Notes under the pieces: generated by a model | Databases searched by the model: none | What the model was told of the DNA's origin: nothing | The model's input: only the letters and a program-made list of their open reading frames with translations | Program-made: the position numbers and the translations under genes | Assembly (NCBI RefSeq): GCF_964213995.1 | Contig: NW_027590154.1 | Span: 930,001-994,000 of the forward strand | From: Mustelus asterias | Taxonomy: Eukaryota | Direction of reading: 5' to 3' | Length of the DNA stretch: 64,000 nt | Part shown: positions 34,241 to 49,383 of the stretch, in pieces | Layout: each line of letters starts with the position of its first letter | How positions within the stretch are numbered: the stretch's first letter is position 1

Positions 34241-36181
34241 GTGATTCATTCCCGGCTGGGTTGCAGACAAAGTCCCTGCAGGGGGGAATGGATCGGCTGT
34301 TGCAGCGGTGGCAATGGAATCCTGATCTTTCAATGAGCAACGGTACAAAATATAAAATAAATGCAGGCTTTCCAATCAAATTTATTGCGCTCACAAATCA
34401 TTTACACTACATCTGTGCAGCAATAACTCGCACAAATTTCCAGATTAATTTGAGAACTCAGTATGTACAGTAATACCCAATATGTTGGCGTGATCACTGC
34501 AACAGATCAGTCACTAAACTACATGAGAATGAGGAGGGTCATTTGTTAATCTTAACTCACCAATTCTGGAATTCCCAAGAGTTTCTATTATTTCCTTAAG
34601 GGTAACTGTCCATTTTGTTGCTTTTCGAATGTGTCACTTCGACCAGATTCCATTGCAAGTGATGACCACTATCTGCGTAATGAGTTGTCTCCTATCTGAG
34701 CCCCAATTTTACCTTTTACGCCACTGAACCTATGTAAATTTACTGCCCCCGCACTGAATTTAAGGTAGAACTCAGGCTCAACCCTTTCCATACCCAATGC
34801 TACTTTGGGTATTTAGGCTTTGTTGAGGTATTTACGTTTTCTTACTTCCTGCAACGCTGCTTCGATATGATTCGTTTCTTTTTCCCCTTTACACCTGTTT
34901 CTCTCTTTTTCCCGACAGCGCCTCTGACACACCGGTCTCTCCCGGACCACTGCCTTCTTATGTTCCCAAGCTTCCTCATACTCTCTCCCTCGCAAAACCT
35001 GTCTGCATCGATTCCAGTTTCTGTGCTCCTTCATTATTGGAATAAGAAACAGAGTTCCCTTTGGCCATCCAACCCTGCCATGTCATCTGCAAAGGAACAT
35101 TTGTTCCTAAATCAATTGCCATAATGTTTCATAATAGACCGTTGTTTTTCTTTATCCTATCTGGCAATGTGAATGCCTTCTATTTTTCTGAATTATGTTC
35201 CTGTTTACCACTTCCTTCCCTAGTCACTCAACAACCTGCTATCCTTTTGCAAGTTCATTCTGTCTCTTAGATTATAACCCAATTCACTCCATATTTCCAG
35301 AAGGTCAGTATATGTTACACATGGTCCTTCTCCATATTACGAAAATGCAAATAGAACTCAGCGATTCAAAAAGTCGGCACATCAATATCATTTCCTGCTT
35401 CAATTGGCATCAGCACCAATTGTGACCTTGCCAGAAACGCCGAGAAAACTTGAAAATGTTTAAAAAGGAACCATGGGGAGGGATGGGGCGCGGTGGGGAG
35501 GGGGGGGGGGGGGTGGGGGAGGAGTGGTGGTCGGGGAGAGATAACTTGTACTTGAGTCATGTTTCCCACTATCCTGATAGTGAGACTAACGAAATTATTG
35601 AGAGAAAATTGGCAAACCGATTTGAACAATCTGAATTCCGTATCACAATCAGCAGACGAGGAATCATTCCCTCACCCGGGTCTGAATCCGAAACCATTCA
35701 CTCCGTAGAGATAGTGATCTGAATCCAGCTCAGGATGTTTCTAATTCCTGCCTACTATCTCACCACCCACCGTCTCACAGCACCATGGCGAGGAAGTGAG
35801 GCTATAGCATCTTGAGACTAAACGCGAAAATGCTGGAAAATCACAGCAGGTCTGACGCCATCTGTAAGGAGAGAAAAGAGCCGACGTTTCGAGTCCAGAT
35901 GATCCTTGGTCAAAGCTAAAATACATAGAAAGTGGGAGATGTTTATCCTTCAGGGTGAGAGAAGGAAAGATAAGTCATAGGTACAGAAACCGGGGAAAAG
36001 GCTGCTAATGGCAGTCCATTGAAATAATAAAAGGCGTGAATGGCCAAAAGGCAGAGAAACTGAAATCAGAGGGCAGATTATTGTAGGTGGAGTTAAAAAC
36101 GGGTGTCTAAATTTCCAATCCCGCCGCCCCCCCCCCCCCCCCCCACCCCACCTCCTCCGTTTCACAGAGTATACAACGAGA

Positions 36182-36685
36182 ATGCAGCTCCTCAGCATAC
36201 GTTGTGTGGGACGCATTCCTTACAGGTAATTGCGGACCAAGCAGACTTCACCTTTTCTCTAATTTTCCACGCATATGTTAAATCAAATTTTAATCCGCAG
36301 CCCGTTTTATGTTTTTAATTCTAATATAACTTTTCAGATCAGGCTCATGGAGAGTTTGTCACTCAGCCTCTATCATCAGAGGTAAAGACAGATGGGGACG
36401 CGGTGATATTGACGTGTAACTATGAAACTACTGAAAGTGATTATGCATTGCACTGGAGCCAATAATACCCGGGTGCATAGCTCGAGTTCATGCTGTGGAG
36501 GAATACAAACAATGATGAATATAAAGCAGACTTTACTAAAAACCGTTTCTATGCCTCGCTAAAGATCACGATTAAATTCACCACTGTAACGATCTCGGGC
36601 CTGCAACTCACTGACGCTGCTCTATATTATTGTGCTTTGTAAGTGTCACAATGATGAAAAGTAATCTCACCCCTGTGCAAAAGCT
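36182..36685 (+). pseudogene. TCR alpha/delta V pseudogene (duplicate of 163-666)
   Basis: Same sequence at +36019. Confidence 0.92.
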
Positions 36686-37318
36686 ATCTTTGGATAGTAG
36701 CTGGGAAATCCTGTGTGTTAGAACTTGGGTGGAATCTTGGGCAGATGCAGCAACACTGAGCAACGACTCTATCAGAGGCTCAAACACACACCGAGAGGAA
36801 ACCAAATTAACTTCGGACCAAACTGTCACCTGGTTCCAGGAGCGGTGGAGAAAAGCAAACCACTGGACAGGCAGACTCAAAACAGAATCATAATTAATGA
36901 CATCCGTTCTAACGCCACTCTTACTATTTGCAGCTGCGTTAGTGTGATGAGTGCTGAGTTGGTAGTTAGTTAATCGCACCATCCCAAACTGAAATACAAT
37001 TTCCCTACTTGAGAAATAATTCTGTGATTGAAGATCAGAAGGTGGGAATGAAATGCTGGCCTGATAATGGTCAACAACAGTCAAAGAAATGGACAAGGAA
37101 AATATTCCAACATTGCGAGATAGCAGGAAGGATAATGAAAACTGAGGGAAATCACAAATTCCGTTGGTTTTAAACACCCTTCATTAGCTTGTAAAATCTC
37201 CTGATTGTGTATAAACTGTGCCTGATACAGCAACATACTTTGATCAAAAATACTCTGTGAAAATAATGTGTCGGGTGGGGGTGGAGAATGTATTTAACTT
37301 CCAACCCATCTTCCTTCC

Positions 37319-38170
37319 AACTCGCTGTTCAAGTTTGCGGCTGACACCACCGTAGTGGTTCGGGTCTCAAGCAATGATGAGACAGAGTACAGGAAAGGGA
37401 TGGAGAATCTGGTAAACTGTTGCAACGGCAATAACCTCTCCCACAATGTCAACAAGACGAAGTAGAGAGTCGTCGACTTCAGGAAGCGTAGTGGCGAACA
37501 TGCCTCTGCCTACACAAACGGGGACGAAGTGGAAATGGTGGAGAGTTTCAAGTTACTCGATGTCCAGATCACCAACAACCTGCCCTGGTTCCCCCATGCA
37601 GACACTATAGTAAAGAATGCCTCTACTTTCTCAGAAGGCGAAGGAAATTTGCCATGTCTGATCCGACTCTCACAAACGTTTACAGATACTCCATAGAAAA
37701 CATTTTTTCTGGTTGTATTAGGGCTTGGTAACTCTCCTCCCAAGACCAAGACCGCAAAAAGCTACAAAGAATTGTGAATGAAGCCGAGCCCAACACTCAA
37801 ACCAGCCTCCCACCCATTGACTCTCTGAATTTCCCGCTGCCTTGGGAAAGCAGCCAGTATATTCAAGGACCCCACGCACCAGAGATATTCAGTCTTCCAC
37901 CTTATTTGATTGGGAAAATGATACAGACGTCTGAGGGCAAGTACCAATTGACTCAAGAACAGCTTCTTCCTTGCTGCCATCAGACTTCTAAATGGACCTA
38001 CCTCATATTAAGTTGATCTTTCTCTACACCCTAGCTATGACTGTAACACTATATTCTGCACTCTCTCATTTCCTTCTCTATCAACGGTACGCTTTGTCTA
38101 TATAGCACGCAAGAAAAATACTTTTCTCTGTATGCTCATACATGTGACAATAATAAACCAAATCAAATCA
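37319..38170 (+). mobile_element. Rex1/Babar-like LINE fragment (duplicate)
   Basis: Duplicate of 1300-2151. Confidence 0.75.
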
Positions 38171-39315
38171 CTTCATCATTATTCATTTGGATTTCAGGCC
38201 TTAATTCAGGCAATAGAATACAATTTAGCCACGTTTGTGAGGAAAACTTATTAAGTAACCGAAGTTACACGTAGAATCCAACAGTTAGTGGAAGAATGGA
38301 TGTCAATACCGAAGGAGGTTTTGAATTATGATAAGGATGAGGGGTGATGCGGATCAATTCCCATAATGCTGCCTGATACTGCTGTTCTCCGGCTCTAGAC
38401 TCCTCAGTCCGAGTGGAAATACATGTCCCACACCAATGCACAACTGTTCGAAAGACAGAGACAGCAACCTCTCCAATAACACAGGTCAGGGAGGACAGAA
38501 CAAAACGAGAACAACAAACTGAAGTTATTGGCAGAGGAGCCAAAGAGGGATGAAGAGAGATATATATTTTAAAAATGTGTTTCTTGACGTTGACTTTCTT
38601 TTGAAATATAGTTTCCAGATGCTTATCGCTGGGGGGATGGACAACGGATTCATTTTATTCAGCACTGTATCCCAAACCATCACTGCGACCACACCAAAAA
38701 ATCAACTCAGAGGTTCAAGTTCAAAAATTGATAACATAAAATGGCATTTTTTCTGCATCACCCAGAAGAGGAAGATAGTACCCACAGGCCATACATTACA
38801 CAAAAAATGAAAACAATTGCATGATGCAACAGATGAATTACGAAGAATTGTGGCCGCTTAGATCAGCGAGGACCAAATTGGTCAGTCAGTGTTGTGCATT
38901 CCCAAATGCTGATTGTCATGTTTTGCGTGCTATTCGTTTCCTGTCATGGTGAAGTGTTTCTAGAATTGCTATCTTCTCTGTTTTATTCTGCTATCACCGC
39001 CTCACAGCACCTCTTCTCCAACTCTCGTACATAGCGAGCACACAAAACGCTATGAAAAATATTGTAGCTGAAAATATCGAGGTTCACGGTCATCCCGAAA
39101 AAGTAATATTTTGGCGAAGTCTTAGACCGATAGCTTTTTGAATTCCCTTGTTGAGTCAATGATTGAACAGGCTCATCATATCCGTCTTTCACCTTGCTTC
39201 ACTACATTGCAATACATGACAGTGTCTGCAAACTGAATCATACTGACAATTAGATTGCTGGAACCTATATTACCACCCACAGGTGCTTGAAACATTCCCC
39301 CCCCCCCAATATTTT

Positions 39316-39894
39316 CATAGAATCATAGAACCCTACAGCACAGAAAGAGGCCATTCGGCCCATCGAGTCTGCACCGACCACAATCCCACCCAGGCCCTAC
39401 CCCCATATCCCTACATATTTACCCACGAATCCCTCTAACCTACGCATCTCAGGACACTAAGGGCAATTTTAGCATGGCCAATCAACCTAACCCGCACATC
39501 TTTGGAGTGTCAACCTGCATATTGTATATGAAAATATTATAGAATCCCTCCAGTGCAGAAGGAAGCCATTCGGACAATCAAGTCTCCACCAACCTTCTGA
39601 CAGAATGTCTTACACAGGCCCTCGCCCCCAAACTATCCCCGTAACCCCACACATTCAGCATGTCTAATCCATCTAACTACTCATCTTGGGACCCGAAGAG
39701 ACTTTTTGTTATCATGGCCAATCCACCTGACTTGCACATCTTTGGACAGTGGGAGAAAATCGGAGCAACCGGAAGAAACCCACCCAGACACGGGAAGGAT
39801 GCGCAAAATCTGCACAGACAATCACCCAAGGCCAGACGCGAATCCAAGTCCCGGGTACTATTAAGCAGCAGGGTTAACCACTGTGGGACCATGG
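39316..39894 (-). mobile_element. HE1-like SINE fragments (duplicate)
   Basis: Duplicate of 3297-3875. Confidence 0.8.
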
Positions 39895-41350
39895 CATCCT
39901 CTGGAGATGCTCGCAAGACACATAAAAACAATTATTCATGTTCGCAAATATACACCACCTGCCTCTTCACGACTCTTCACATGCACGTGGCCATGAACGT
40001 TCAAGGTATTATTTGAACTTAAATTCGAATTATGCTCATTTGACATTTTAATCATTTGGGCCACACGAGGCAGTTTGGTGAAGTAACTCTGGAAATCTTT
40101 AATACTTTGTGGATACCTATTAAATACAGGGCGGGACTTAGCTAGCGTGCTAAGGCTAGTTTGTCCTTGGGCGCAGGTTGACACTCAGTCTCTCTCTTCC
40201 CGTAACCTCAGCTTTCCTTTGGACAGCAGTCACTTGCTGCAGAAAGTGCTCAGTGAAAGTTTATGCCGATTAACTCATTCCAAGGTAGAACCCACAGGTG
40301 ACCAATGAAGTTATTGCATCACAATTAGCCTAGGTTGGCAGGGGCTAATTCTTAATTGCCCGACGGGGTGCGTTAGCAATTTGTGATTGGTCTGGGTGGG
40401 CAGTTAGCAATTGGGTTCTCGATGGTGATGGTTGTCTATTAATGCAATTTCTCATTGTGCCCTGACTGGCCCTCTAAGTATTAATTACTCGTGGAACCAT
40501 CCCTCTCATGAACAGAATGTTCCCTTGCCCTTTTGTTAAGGATGCGGGAAATTTGCTGTCTTGTCGCCATGATTGATATCTTGAGCTGATCGTCTCAAAA
40601 CCTCATTTAATTGATTTGCGTCAGACCCCTTTCAGCGACTCTATGTTTTGAATTTCGATGTTACTTTTCTCTATGATTTCGTGAAATAAGTTTCTTTACG
40701 TTTAAAACAAAAAATATGAAATGGTAAATTTGCTTATATCCTTAAATGCAATGAAGATATTTACAAATTACAAATATAAAATATATTGCTATTTATAGTA
40801 TGTAAATGAGTGTACTTTTCATGTCTGCATTTACTAGATATAACACAGCAAGCAATATCTCATAATATTGAGTCAGGGAATGTCTCATTGATCTACAGGA
40901 AGTCATTAAAACTGGACCTTAGCAACGTGTTTTTGATCAGACAACTACTTTCCAAATGATGCTTGTGTCGCTTCAATCGGTGCTTGGTCTGAGTTCATTA
41001 AAAAATCAGAATTGCTTTGTAACATTACAAAGTTACGCAAGTTACACTAACTCTAACCAAAATACATATCAACGCTTGAAAGTGATTGGTCTGCTAAACA
41101 TAGTACAGTACATTCAACTCACAGATATCAAAACTTAAAAGAATGACAGCGTTTTAAATTCTAAACTTGAAAAAAAACAAAGAGTTACATGGTGTGAAAT
41201 AAAGTGACTTGCCTTAAACATGACGAGTTAAACTGCACTAAATCAATGCACAAAACTGAATGTTTTTTTTAAATTTTAAGGCCACCAGTTCTTTACCTTG
41301 TGTCAAGTTTGAGTGCGAAGCGACAACCAAGTCATGTGCAGTCACCTTTT

Positions 41351-43869
41351 CTATTGTTTAAAGTAACCAGTGATAATGGAGAAGGGACACAGAAGCACCT
41401 TCTTCAGCTCCCCTCGGAATTTGGTCTGGGCCACAGAGTAGATGAAGACGTTATTGCAGGAACTGAGTAATTGAAGCATGTTGGTCGTCTCCTGAAAGAT
41501 GTATTCTGGGTCATTGAAATCTAAGCTGTTGAAGTAGCTCTCGCCTGTAATCTGCACATAGAGGAAATGTCCGAAGTAAGTCACCCACATGACGAGGAAG
41601 CTGAGGGAGATGGCAAAGAGCAGGACAATTGACTTCTTGCGGTTGGCCATCTCAGGGTCTTCCTGACTTTCGGAGCTCCGGAGCAGCCTTCGGGCTCTGC
41701 TCGCAGCTAAGATGTGTCTTACAGTCAGAGCGTTGAGCAAAAGGATGAGGATGAACGGGAGAAAAGGGGTTAAGACATGATCCAGCCAGTCAAAGGCCTG
41801 CCACGTCGGCGAGGCACTGAAGCTGGTCTTGATATCACAGAACCAGGCCACCCCATCCATGGTGAATAATGGTTGGTAGGTGAAATAGAATGGAATGTTC
41901 TTGATGCAGCTGAGGGCACAGACTATGCCGATAACCAACAAGGCCGTTTTCTCTGTGCAGTATCTTATTTTCAGGTTCTGCCAGCAGATGGCCACATAAC
42001 GATCAATGGTGAAAGCCACTGTCAGCCAGACTGATCCATCCAGGCTGATAGAACCCAGAATCATGGTGTGCGCGCATGTTCGGTGAGTGAAAAGCACACT
42101 GTAGCCAAAGTAGATCCGTCCAATCCGGTTCAGGATGACACCAGTGATGATGACAAAGAAATCACTAACTGCTATCGCTACCAGATAGTAGGTGATGCAC
42201 CGGGAGAGTCCACACCGACCTCGGGATAAGATTATAATCGCCAAAACGTTGGCTGTGAGAGATAAGAAGAGAGAGATGTTGCTGAGCAGACGACAAGTTC
42301 GATGTGCTTACTAATGCAATTGGTTATCAAATCCTTCCTGATCCGTCTCTTTGTTACCTCGAGACTCGGACTATTCGGAACTATTTTGTAATTTTTCAAA
42401 ATTTAGCACTGGATTAAACATTTCCAAAACAGGAGACATTTCTATCAGTCCCAGTCCGAACTCCAATCTCTTGTCAGTGTGCCAATGCCCAGAGCTCGCT
42501 ACCCAACAGGGCAGGCGATGGCCTATTATTGTTAGAAATTCATGTAGAAATGTAACTAAAGATCTGGGGACCTGAGTTCGAATCCCCACAGGGAAGATGG
42601 TGGCATTTGAAATCAGTGTTAAAGTAATCTGGAATTAAGAATATACTTATTGCCATGAAACAATTATTGTTTGTTGGAAAAAAAATCTGGTTCACTAATG
42701 TCCTTAGGAAAGGAAATCTGCTGTCCTTATCTGGTCTGGCCTACATGTAACACCTAAGCCACAACAGCGTGTTCAGCTCTCAACTGCGTTCTGAAATGGC
42801 CTATCAAGCCACTCAGTTCATGTGCGACTAAGGGTGGGTAATAAATGCTGACTAGCCAACGACGCCATGTCCCACGAATGAATTTTTTTAAAAACTTAAA
42901 CTCGTCCAAAATACGCGCGTCAAACCTCGTATCTCTTGCAAGATGATTTTCATTGGCCTCATTTGTAAATCTCCCTTTCATTAATCTTTTGCTTTGAATA
43001 TTAAATACCTCCACTCTCTCACCATCCCACCGCTACAACTATCTGAGATCACAGCATTTCTCCAATCATATATTTTGTATGTCCCCTCATATTAATCCCT
43101 CCATCGGTGATGGTTATTCCTTTCTTCAATTTTCTACATGCTATTTGGAATACGACGTTAACAATGGAGTCTGCCCGGTGGGATCTCACTGCACTGAAAC
43201 CATTGCATCCTTCTAGCAATCGCACAGTCAATTCATGTGATCACTGAATGCATCTTTTTTTTCCACAATTCATGTACTAGATGGTTGAACTGTGATAATT
43301 TATTCCCCACACTGCAATAATATCAGTGCTCGAAAATGTAAGTTGCTACATTGCCAAAGCTCATATTCATGGTAAGATCCGTTGCTCCGAATTTTTCATA
43401 GTAACTTCGTTGCAGTGTTAATGTAGGCCTATGTGACAATAATGAATAAACTTGAACTTTAAATTTTAAATAACACTAAAACAGTAGGTTACATTTAGTA
43501 AATTAGAATAAAAGCCAAATTTCAACAATAAAATAAATCAGTGTTCATACAAAGTCATACACTTCAGCTAGTGATTTAATAAATGGTATTTCTATGAATG
43601 TGCAGCTAAATAAATAAAATGCTATATTGTAAGCTTCATAGTGTAAGTGCAACGAATGCACGGTAATTCATCATAAACGCGGTTGAAAGCACAGACGGTG
43701 CAGAAAATTAGAAAAAATAAGCTCGATTCTTAAAGAAGAGAAAAAAGAAATGTGTAGATTCAGAGAAAATAAATAATGTGATTTGGATTCATTACTTACC
43801 AGGGGCACCAATAACAGCGAGAATGGGATAGGAAATGGCAAAGAAGAGTCCATTCGCTGGCCCGTGCAT
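41351..43869 (-). CDS. Two-exon GPR139-like GPCR, identical duplicate; join(43869..43800, 42252..41351)
   Basis: Same exons and translation as 5332-7850. Confidence 0.92.
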
Positions 43870-46800
43870 TGTCTATCAGAAACTAACGGAATTAGCAAAG
43901 CGAAGGTCATTCGATCTGCGACACATTCAAGGTGTCTCTCACTTATTCTGACTGAACGTCTCCGGAGGGACCATTACATTGCAACATACACGTCAGTTAC
44001 AGTTCACCAAACAAACAGATGAAATCACAGTGTCATGCCTTCCATTTGTAACTTGCACAAGGGGGATGATTACATTTTATTCATGGATGAACTGATGGCT
44101 GCGAACTTGTGGTCCAGCCACCCAGCCCCACCACAAGCCATGCCTTTCTGTCTTCCTCAGGGAGAAATGCTGGTGTTAGATATTTCCAACTCTGCCAACT
44201 TCCCAATCATTTCCTGCTTTCAGGTGTCAGGTTATGTCACGTGTGTGGTTTACTGGTAAGCATTTCAGTATTCCAGTCTTCAGTTTCATCTAAAAATGTT
44301 AACGATTTAATACTGAACTGTTTGAAAACTATTTTAGCTAACGGGGGCAGACAACTGAGCTGGAGACGATTGCATTAAAATCCTGGGCCATTTTGAAGGT
44401 TCAGAATTCTTCATTGGTACTGCTAAACTGCAAATGCAGGAAGGACCTTAAGGTACTCCGGATCAGAATTTCTGATGCAGCAACAATTGGTATAAGATAA
44501 ACAGATATATATATTTTAGGTGAAATAAAAACTGAGGCATGGCAAGCGAATATCAAACCATGCGTAGTGGCAACTGAGACGCTGGCAATTAAATGTAGAA
44601 AGATACACGCTCTGGGGTGACAATAAAGGAAGAAACCAAATGCGACGTGCACAGCGAAAGGAGTAAAATGATATTTAGTTTCGTACAGTAGCAATTAATC
44701 GGACCTATTTTAATACAAACTGAGATATACGTCGAATTCAGCAAGTAAGGTGTGGTCTTGTAGGCCTGACCTACTGAAACGGAGGTACGACCTAATGTTG
44801 TAAAGACTGACGAGGTCACTATAGTTAATTCCTGGGCATGACACGGAACAGTGCAGTGAAAATAGGGACAAGGCCAACGCAATGCACAATGATATGTCGT
44901 CTCGTGCAATAATAACTGGGACGAGGCCGAGTCAATGTGATGTGAACGGAGACCTAGCTTACGTAAGAAGATGCATGATCCAGAGTAATATAAACAGCGA
45001 TGAAGTCAAGTCAAAGAATGAACGGCGACATGTTCTAGAGTAGTACTAAGTAACAACCTCTAGTGTAATTGAAACAAAGGGATAGACTGGTGCAGTGACA
45101 ACGGGGAAAGTGAAAACATAATGAAAACAGATAGAGGATCAACTTCGTTAACAGTTGTGATCGAGTTAATTGTCGTCCAGGTATAGATTGGAACTTGTGC
45201 AGTAATTTCTTGAATAGGTGACTGATGTATTAAGGCAGCATGCCATGGACGTGCATAATGATAAACAAGGTTTTCTGAAACTGAGGCAGAGCTAGTGTAA
45301 TAATCACGGGACCAGAGACGAGTAGAATAAAAAAAGTCTATAGAAACGTGGAATTAATGTGATGATGACATTAATATGATATTAGTACCAGGAGACAGGT
45401 ACCAATGAAATCATGATGAAGGCTCGATCAACACTAACGGAGGCAGAGAGCTTAGTGTCATAATCAAGAAGGGGAATGCACAATAATAATCAGAGGGTTT
45501 GTGAAATGCTAACAGAGGTTCAAATTCCAAATCCAACTTTCAGCACCCGATTGTCCTTCTAGGAAAGGGGTGCCGATAAAGAGTTACGTTTTCTGAGAAG
45601 TGCTATGCTGAGCTGTAAATTGTTCGGCAGGGAAACCAGTTAGTTAAAATGTGAGAGCAACAATTGTTTTTTTGCCTTGTACTGCAACAATAATCAACCT
45701 GGATTGTTGAATGTCAGGACTCCAGCAATAGAATGAATCTATTCAAAGAAAGTGTCATTATAATGAGATTTATGCATTTGGATGGACAGAAGGACATTGC
45801 AGATATTCTGCTGTGCGGGGAGATGGATCACGACATACGGCTTGTATCTGTGAAGTGCGGTCAGGAGTTTTTCTGTGACTTACGGACGATCATGCTAGTG
45901 TACCGTACAATCAGCCAATTTGTGTGAAGTATTGTGGTTACGAAGTCCCCTCTTGGTCTTTGTTGCTGTCTGCATGGCAGCCTATAATATTTAAGAGACA
46001 CTTCCTACTGATTCTGTTATTTCCTGGAGCCTCTAACCGCAGCCACAGGGTTTATTGATCAGAGAGTGTTGCTGGATTGGAGAATCGTAACAGACAACGA
46101 ACGGTTTTTATAAGTTATAAGTTCATGGGCTTGATCTTCAAAACGAGCCCCATGTACAGAGCTCCCACAATCTTCATTGTCCTTCCTAGAGTTGGTTCAT
46201 TCTCTGTCACTGCGGACAGTAACTCTGGATGTGGCAGAACTGAAAAATAATAAGTACTAAATGTAAACATTCTTTTAAATACAAAGCACAGGTTGTGCTG
46301 GTACAGGGAACATGTGTTTAAATGAGAGAGTTCACTCTGCGAGGATATTTTCAGTAGGGTGTATCATGTTGTAAATGGATCATCAGTTGCTGGATTGAGG
46401 GAAGCTGTCGGGTCGAAGGCTCCGGCATTCTGATCCGGCCGAGGTCCCGCCAACGCGTTCAGAGTGTTGGTAAACATAATCCCGGCAGAATTGAAAAAAA
46501 GCGTGAAAGAATACCTCAGATAACAGCACATGATCCGGCCTCCCAACTCCTTACAGTTGGGGAAAGGAGGAGGACAGTTCCAGTGACAGAAAAACGCTCC
46601 CACCATCCCCTCCTCAACAGACTCAGGTGTGCGGGGAATTCAGATCCGGATTACAGATCCATAGAGGCGATCGATATCTTTAGTTCCTTCTTTTAACATG
46701 AGTTATTTTCACAACACATAACCAGAGACCGTGGATGCATGAGGAACATCCAACGCTGTCGTGCACACTGGATAAAAGCAAGTCACTGCGGATGCTGGAA

Positions 46801-46956
46801 TCGAAACCAAAAGAGAAAATGCTGGAAAATCTCAGCAGGTCTGGCAGAATCTTAAGGAGAGAAAAGAGTTGAAGTTTCGAGTCCACATGATCCTTTGACA
46901 AAGATTTGTCAAAGTTCCATTGCAACCGTCAGCACCAGATTTTCCTTCTGAGAAAA

Positions 46957-47239
46957 AGTAAAGTTTATTTATTAGTCACAAGTAAGGCTTACACTAACAC
47001 TGCAATTAAGTTACTGTGAAATTCCCCCAGTCGCCACAGTCCAGCGCCTGTTCGGGTCAATGCACCTAACCAGCAAATCATTCATACTGTGGGAAGAAAC
47101 CAGAGCACCCGGAGGAAACCCCCGCAGACATGGGGAGAACGTGCAAACTCCACACAGACAGTGACCCAAGCCAGAAATCGAACCAGCGTTCCCAGCGCTG
47201 TGCAGCAACAGTGCTAACACTGTGTTACCGTGCCGCCCA
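46957..47239 (-). mobile_element. tRNA-head SINE (duplicate)
   Basis: Duplicate of 10938-11220. Confidence 0.8.
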
Positions 47240-47933
47240 AGGGTGCCCATAAAGAGTTAAGTTTTCTGATGAGTTCTATGCTGATCTGTAAATTGTTCGG
47301 CAGGAAAGCCAGTGAGTTAAAATGTGAGATCAACATTTTTTACCTGGTGCTGCAACAATGACCAACTTGGATTTTTGAATGTTAGGACCCCAGCAATAAA
47401 AAGAAATCTAATCAAATGAAATGGTATTATAATGGGAGTTTTGCATTTGGATGGACAGTGGGACATTGCGGATATTCTGCTGTGCTGGGAGCTGGAACAG
47501 AACAGCGGGCTTGTGTCTGTGAAGTGCGGCCAAACGTTTTTCTATGACTTACGGACGATCATGCTCGTTTACCGTGCAATCAGTCAATGTGTGTGAAGTG
47601 GACACTGCCCTCTACAAAGCAACTCCAAGGGAGATAAGGTTAAGCATTGACAAACCGTGGGTCAGAACATCCGGTGGGGTCACGGGAAGAGTTTCTGGGT
47701 TTGGGAGCTTCGAGGCAGCAACAGCTGCGGAGCTTCAACTGCATGTTCACTCTTCCTGCAACTTTTAAATCCTCAAATGTCCTTTTTAGAAGTTGGGTGT
47801 GGCCCAATTTACCGTGGTGAGGGCCTCATCTAAATATTTTGGTCCACTTCTGAGATCCAGTCTCCCTGATCAGTCCAGCTCTGCTGCCTTCATCTCCCTG
47901 TCATATAAACCTTCAGCTCCAGGGAGCAGAGCG

Positions 47934-48372
47934 ATGGGAATCCTCCTTGTATTCGCCCTGTGTGTCTGCTTAGCCCGTGAGTACCGATCAAAATAACCAA
48001 CATTGTGTGGATGGAAGCTAAAGTTCTCCAGTCCATCCCAATTATAGACACTGTCTGGGCCCCATTGTGTGGTTCGGCTCTGATGGTCCATTCAACTCTC
48101 TGTGTTTAATTTCCAGGATCTTTCATTCAGTCAGTGATACAGAGCCCTGCTGCGGTGACCAGGAAGGAGTGTCAGTCTCTCACCATCACCTGCATTTTCC
48201 ATGATATCGTTATAACTTAGGAAATGGACACTTCTTCGGACAAACTCAGACCCGGACAGGGTGGGAGCGGGTCTACAGCGGAGGGAGATTTGTAATGTCT
48301 ATGAACAAAGCCGCAGAAGAGACGTTTTCACTGGAAATTCAGGATGTGAAAATTGTAGACACCGCCACCTAT
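47934..48372 (+). pseudogene. NAR-TCR-type V pseudogene (duplicate)
   Basis: Duplicate of 11915-12353. Confidence 0.8.
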
Positions 48373-48898
48373 GATTGGAATGATTGATTGCATTTGCAAA
48401 CGGTCACAAAATATGTGACCCTGGTCTAAAACAGCTGGAAACAGGAACCACAGTAGCTGCTGTTTGTCTCAAGACTCCACAGTCCCAGCAGGTACCCAAT
48501 GGTAATCGCGAGGATGTTGCTGAATTTATACTTGAAGCACTGTGTAACTGGGATATTCACAGTGGGAGAGACCTCAGCAAATTTAAATAAAAATTAAATA
48601 ACATTTCTCAGGGCCGGATAGTGAATCATTGGGCTCATGTTAGTATCGCTGTTTTCTGGTTTAATGCCGTTTCAATCCGACCACTCATAGCGTTCTTTGT
48701 CATATATTTTTTTCGATTTATATGAGGTGAATATTTCCTATCTGGGGTTATTCACGAAGAGCTCAGGGCATAACAAAGAACAGTTGGAACCAAAGGAGAC
48801 TTCGAAACGTTTAACATTGTTTATTTATTTAAACCACCCGAGGAAATGCATCGTTCTGACTGTATGGTGGGATTTTTTTGGCAGTTTGAATTGTCGCT

Positions 48899-48977
48899 GG
48901 TTCTTGTACGGAGCGGTGTCACTATCGTACTATTATGATCCAAGATGGATCCGGGACGGAGGTGACAGTCATAGCTG
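48899..48977 (+). pseudogene. NAR-TCR-type J segment with 12-RSS (duplicate)
   Basis: Duplicate of 12880-12958. Confidence 0.82.
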
Positions 48978-49383
48978 GTAAGTGACTCCAAACCCCGCCG
49001 AGTTACGGATTTTCCCAGTTCGTGTTCACAGTCAGATTATTATTGGAATCTGAATCACTTCAATTCCATTGGAACGAAAACGGAACTGCTTCCTGTGGAA
49101 TCTTTTCCATTGCAGATTTCGATTTGGGCGCAGGATACGTTTCTGGAGACGGGCCCAGTTCTGTCCTGGGAAACGTTTGTGTGTCACCTGATGGAAGAGG
49201 GTCGGTGCAGGGGGAGATGGGGGTGGGTATTGGCGTTGGTTGACAGCATCTGGGCCATTGCTGGTTTAACGTGCAGATGTGGGATACAAACATTGACATG
49301 GGCTTTCACATATTTAATCGCTTTTACTGAGCAGATTGTCGACACTCTAGACTCCACTCTTCGTGTTAACTGCAAGGGAAGGC

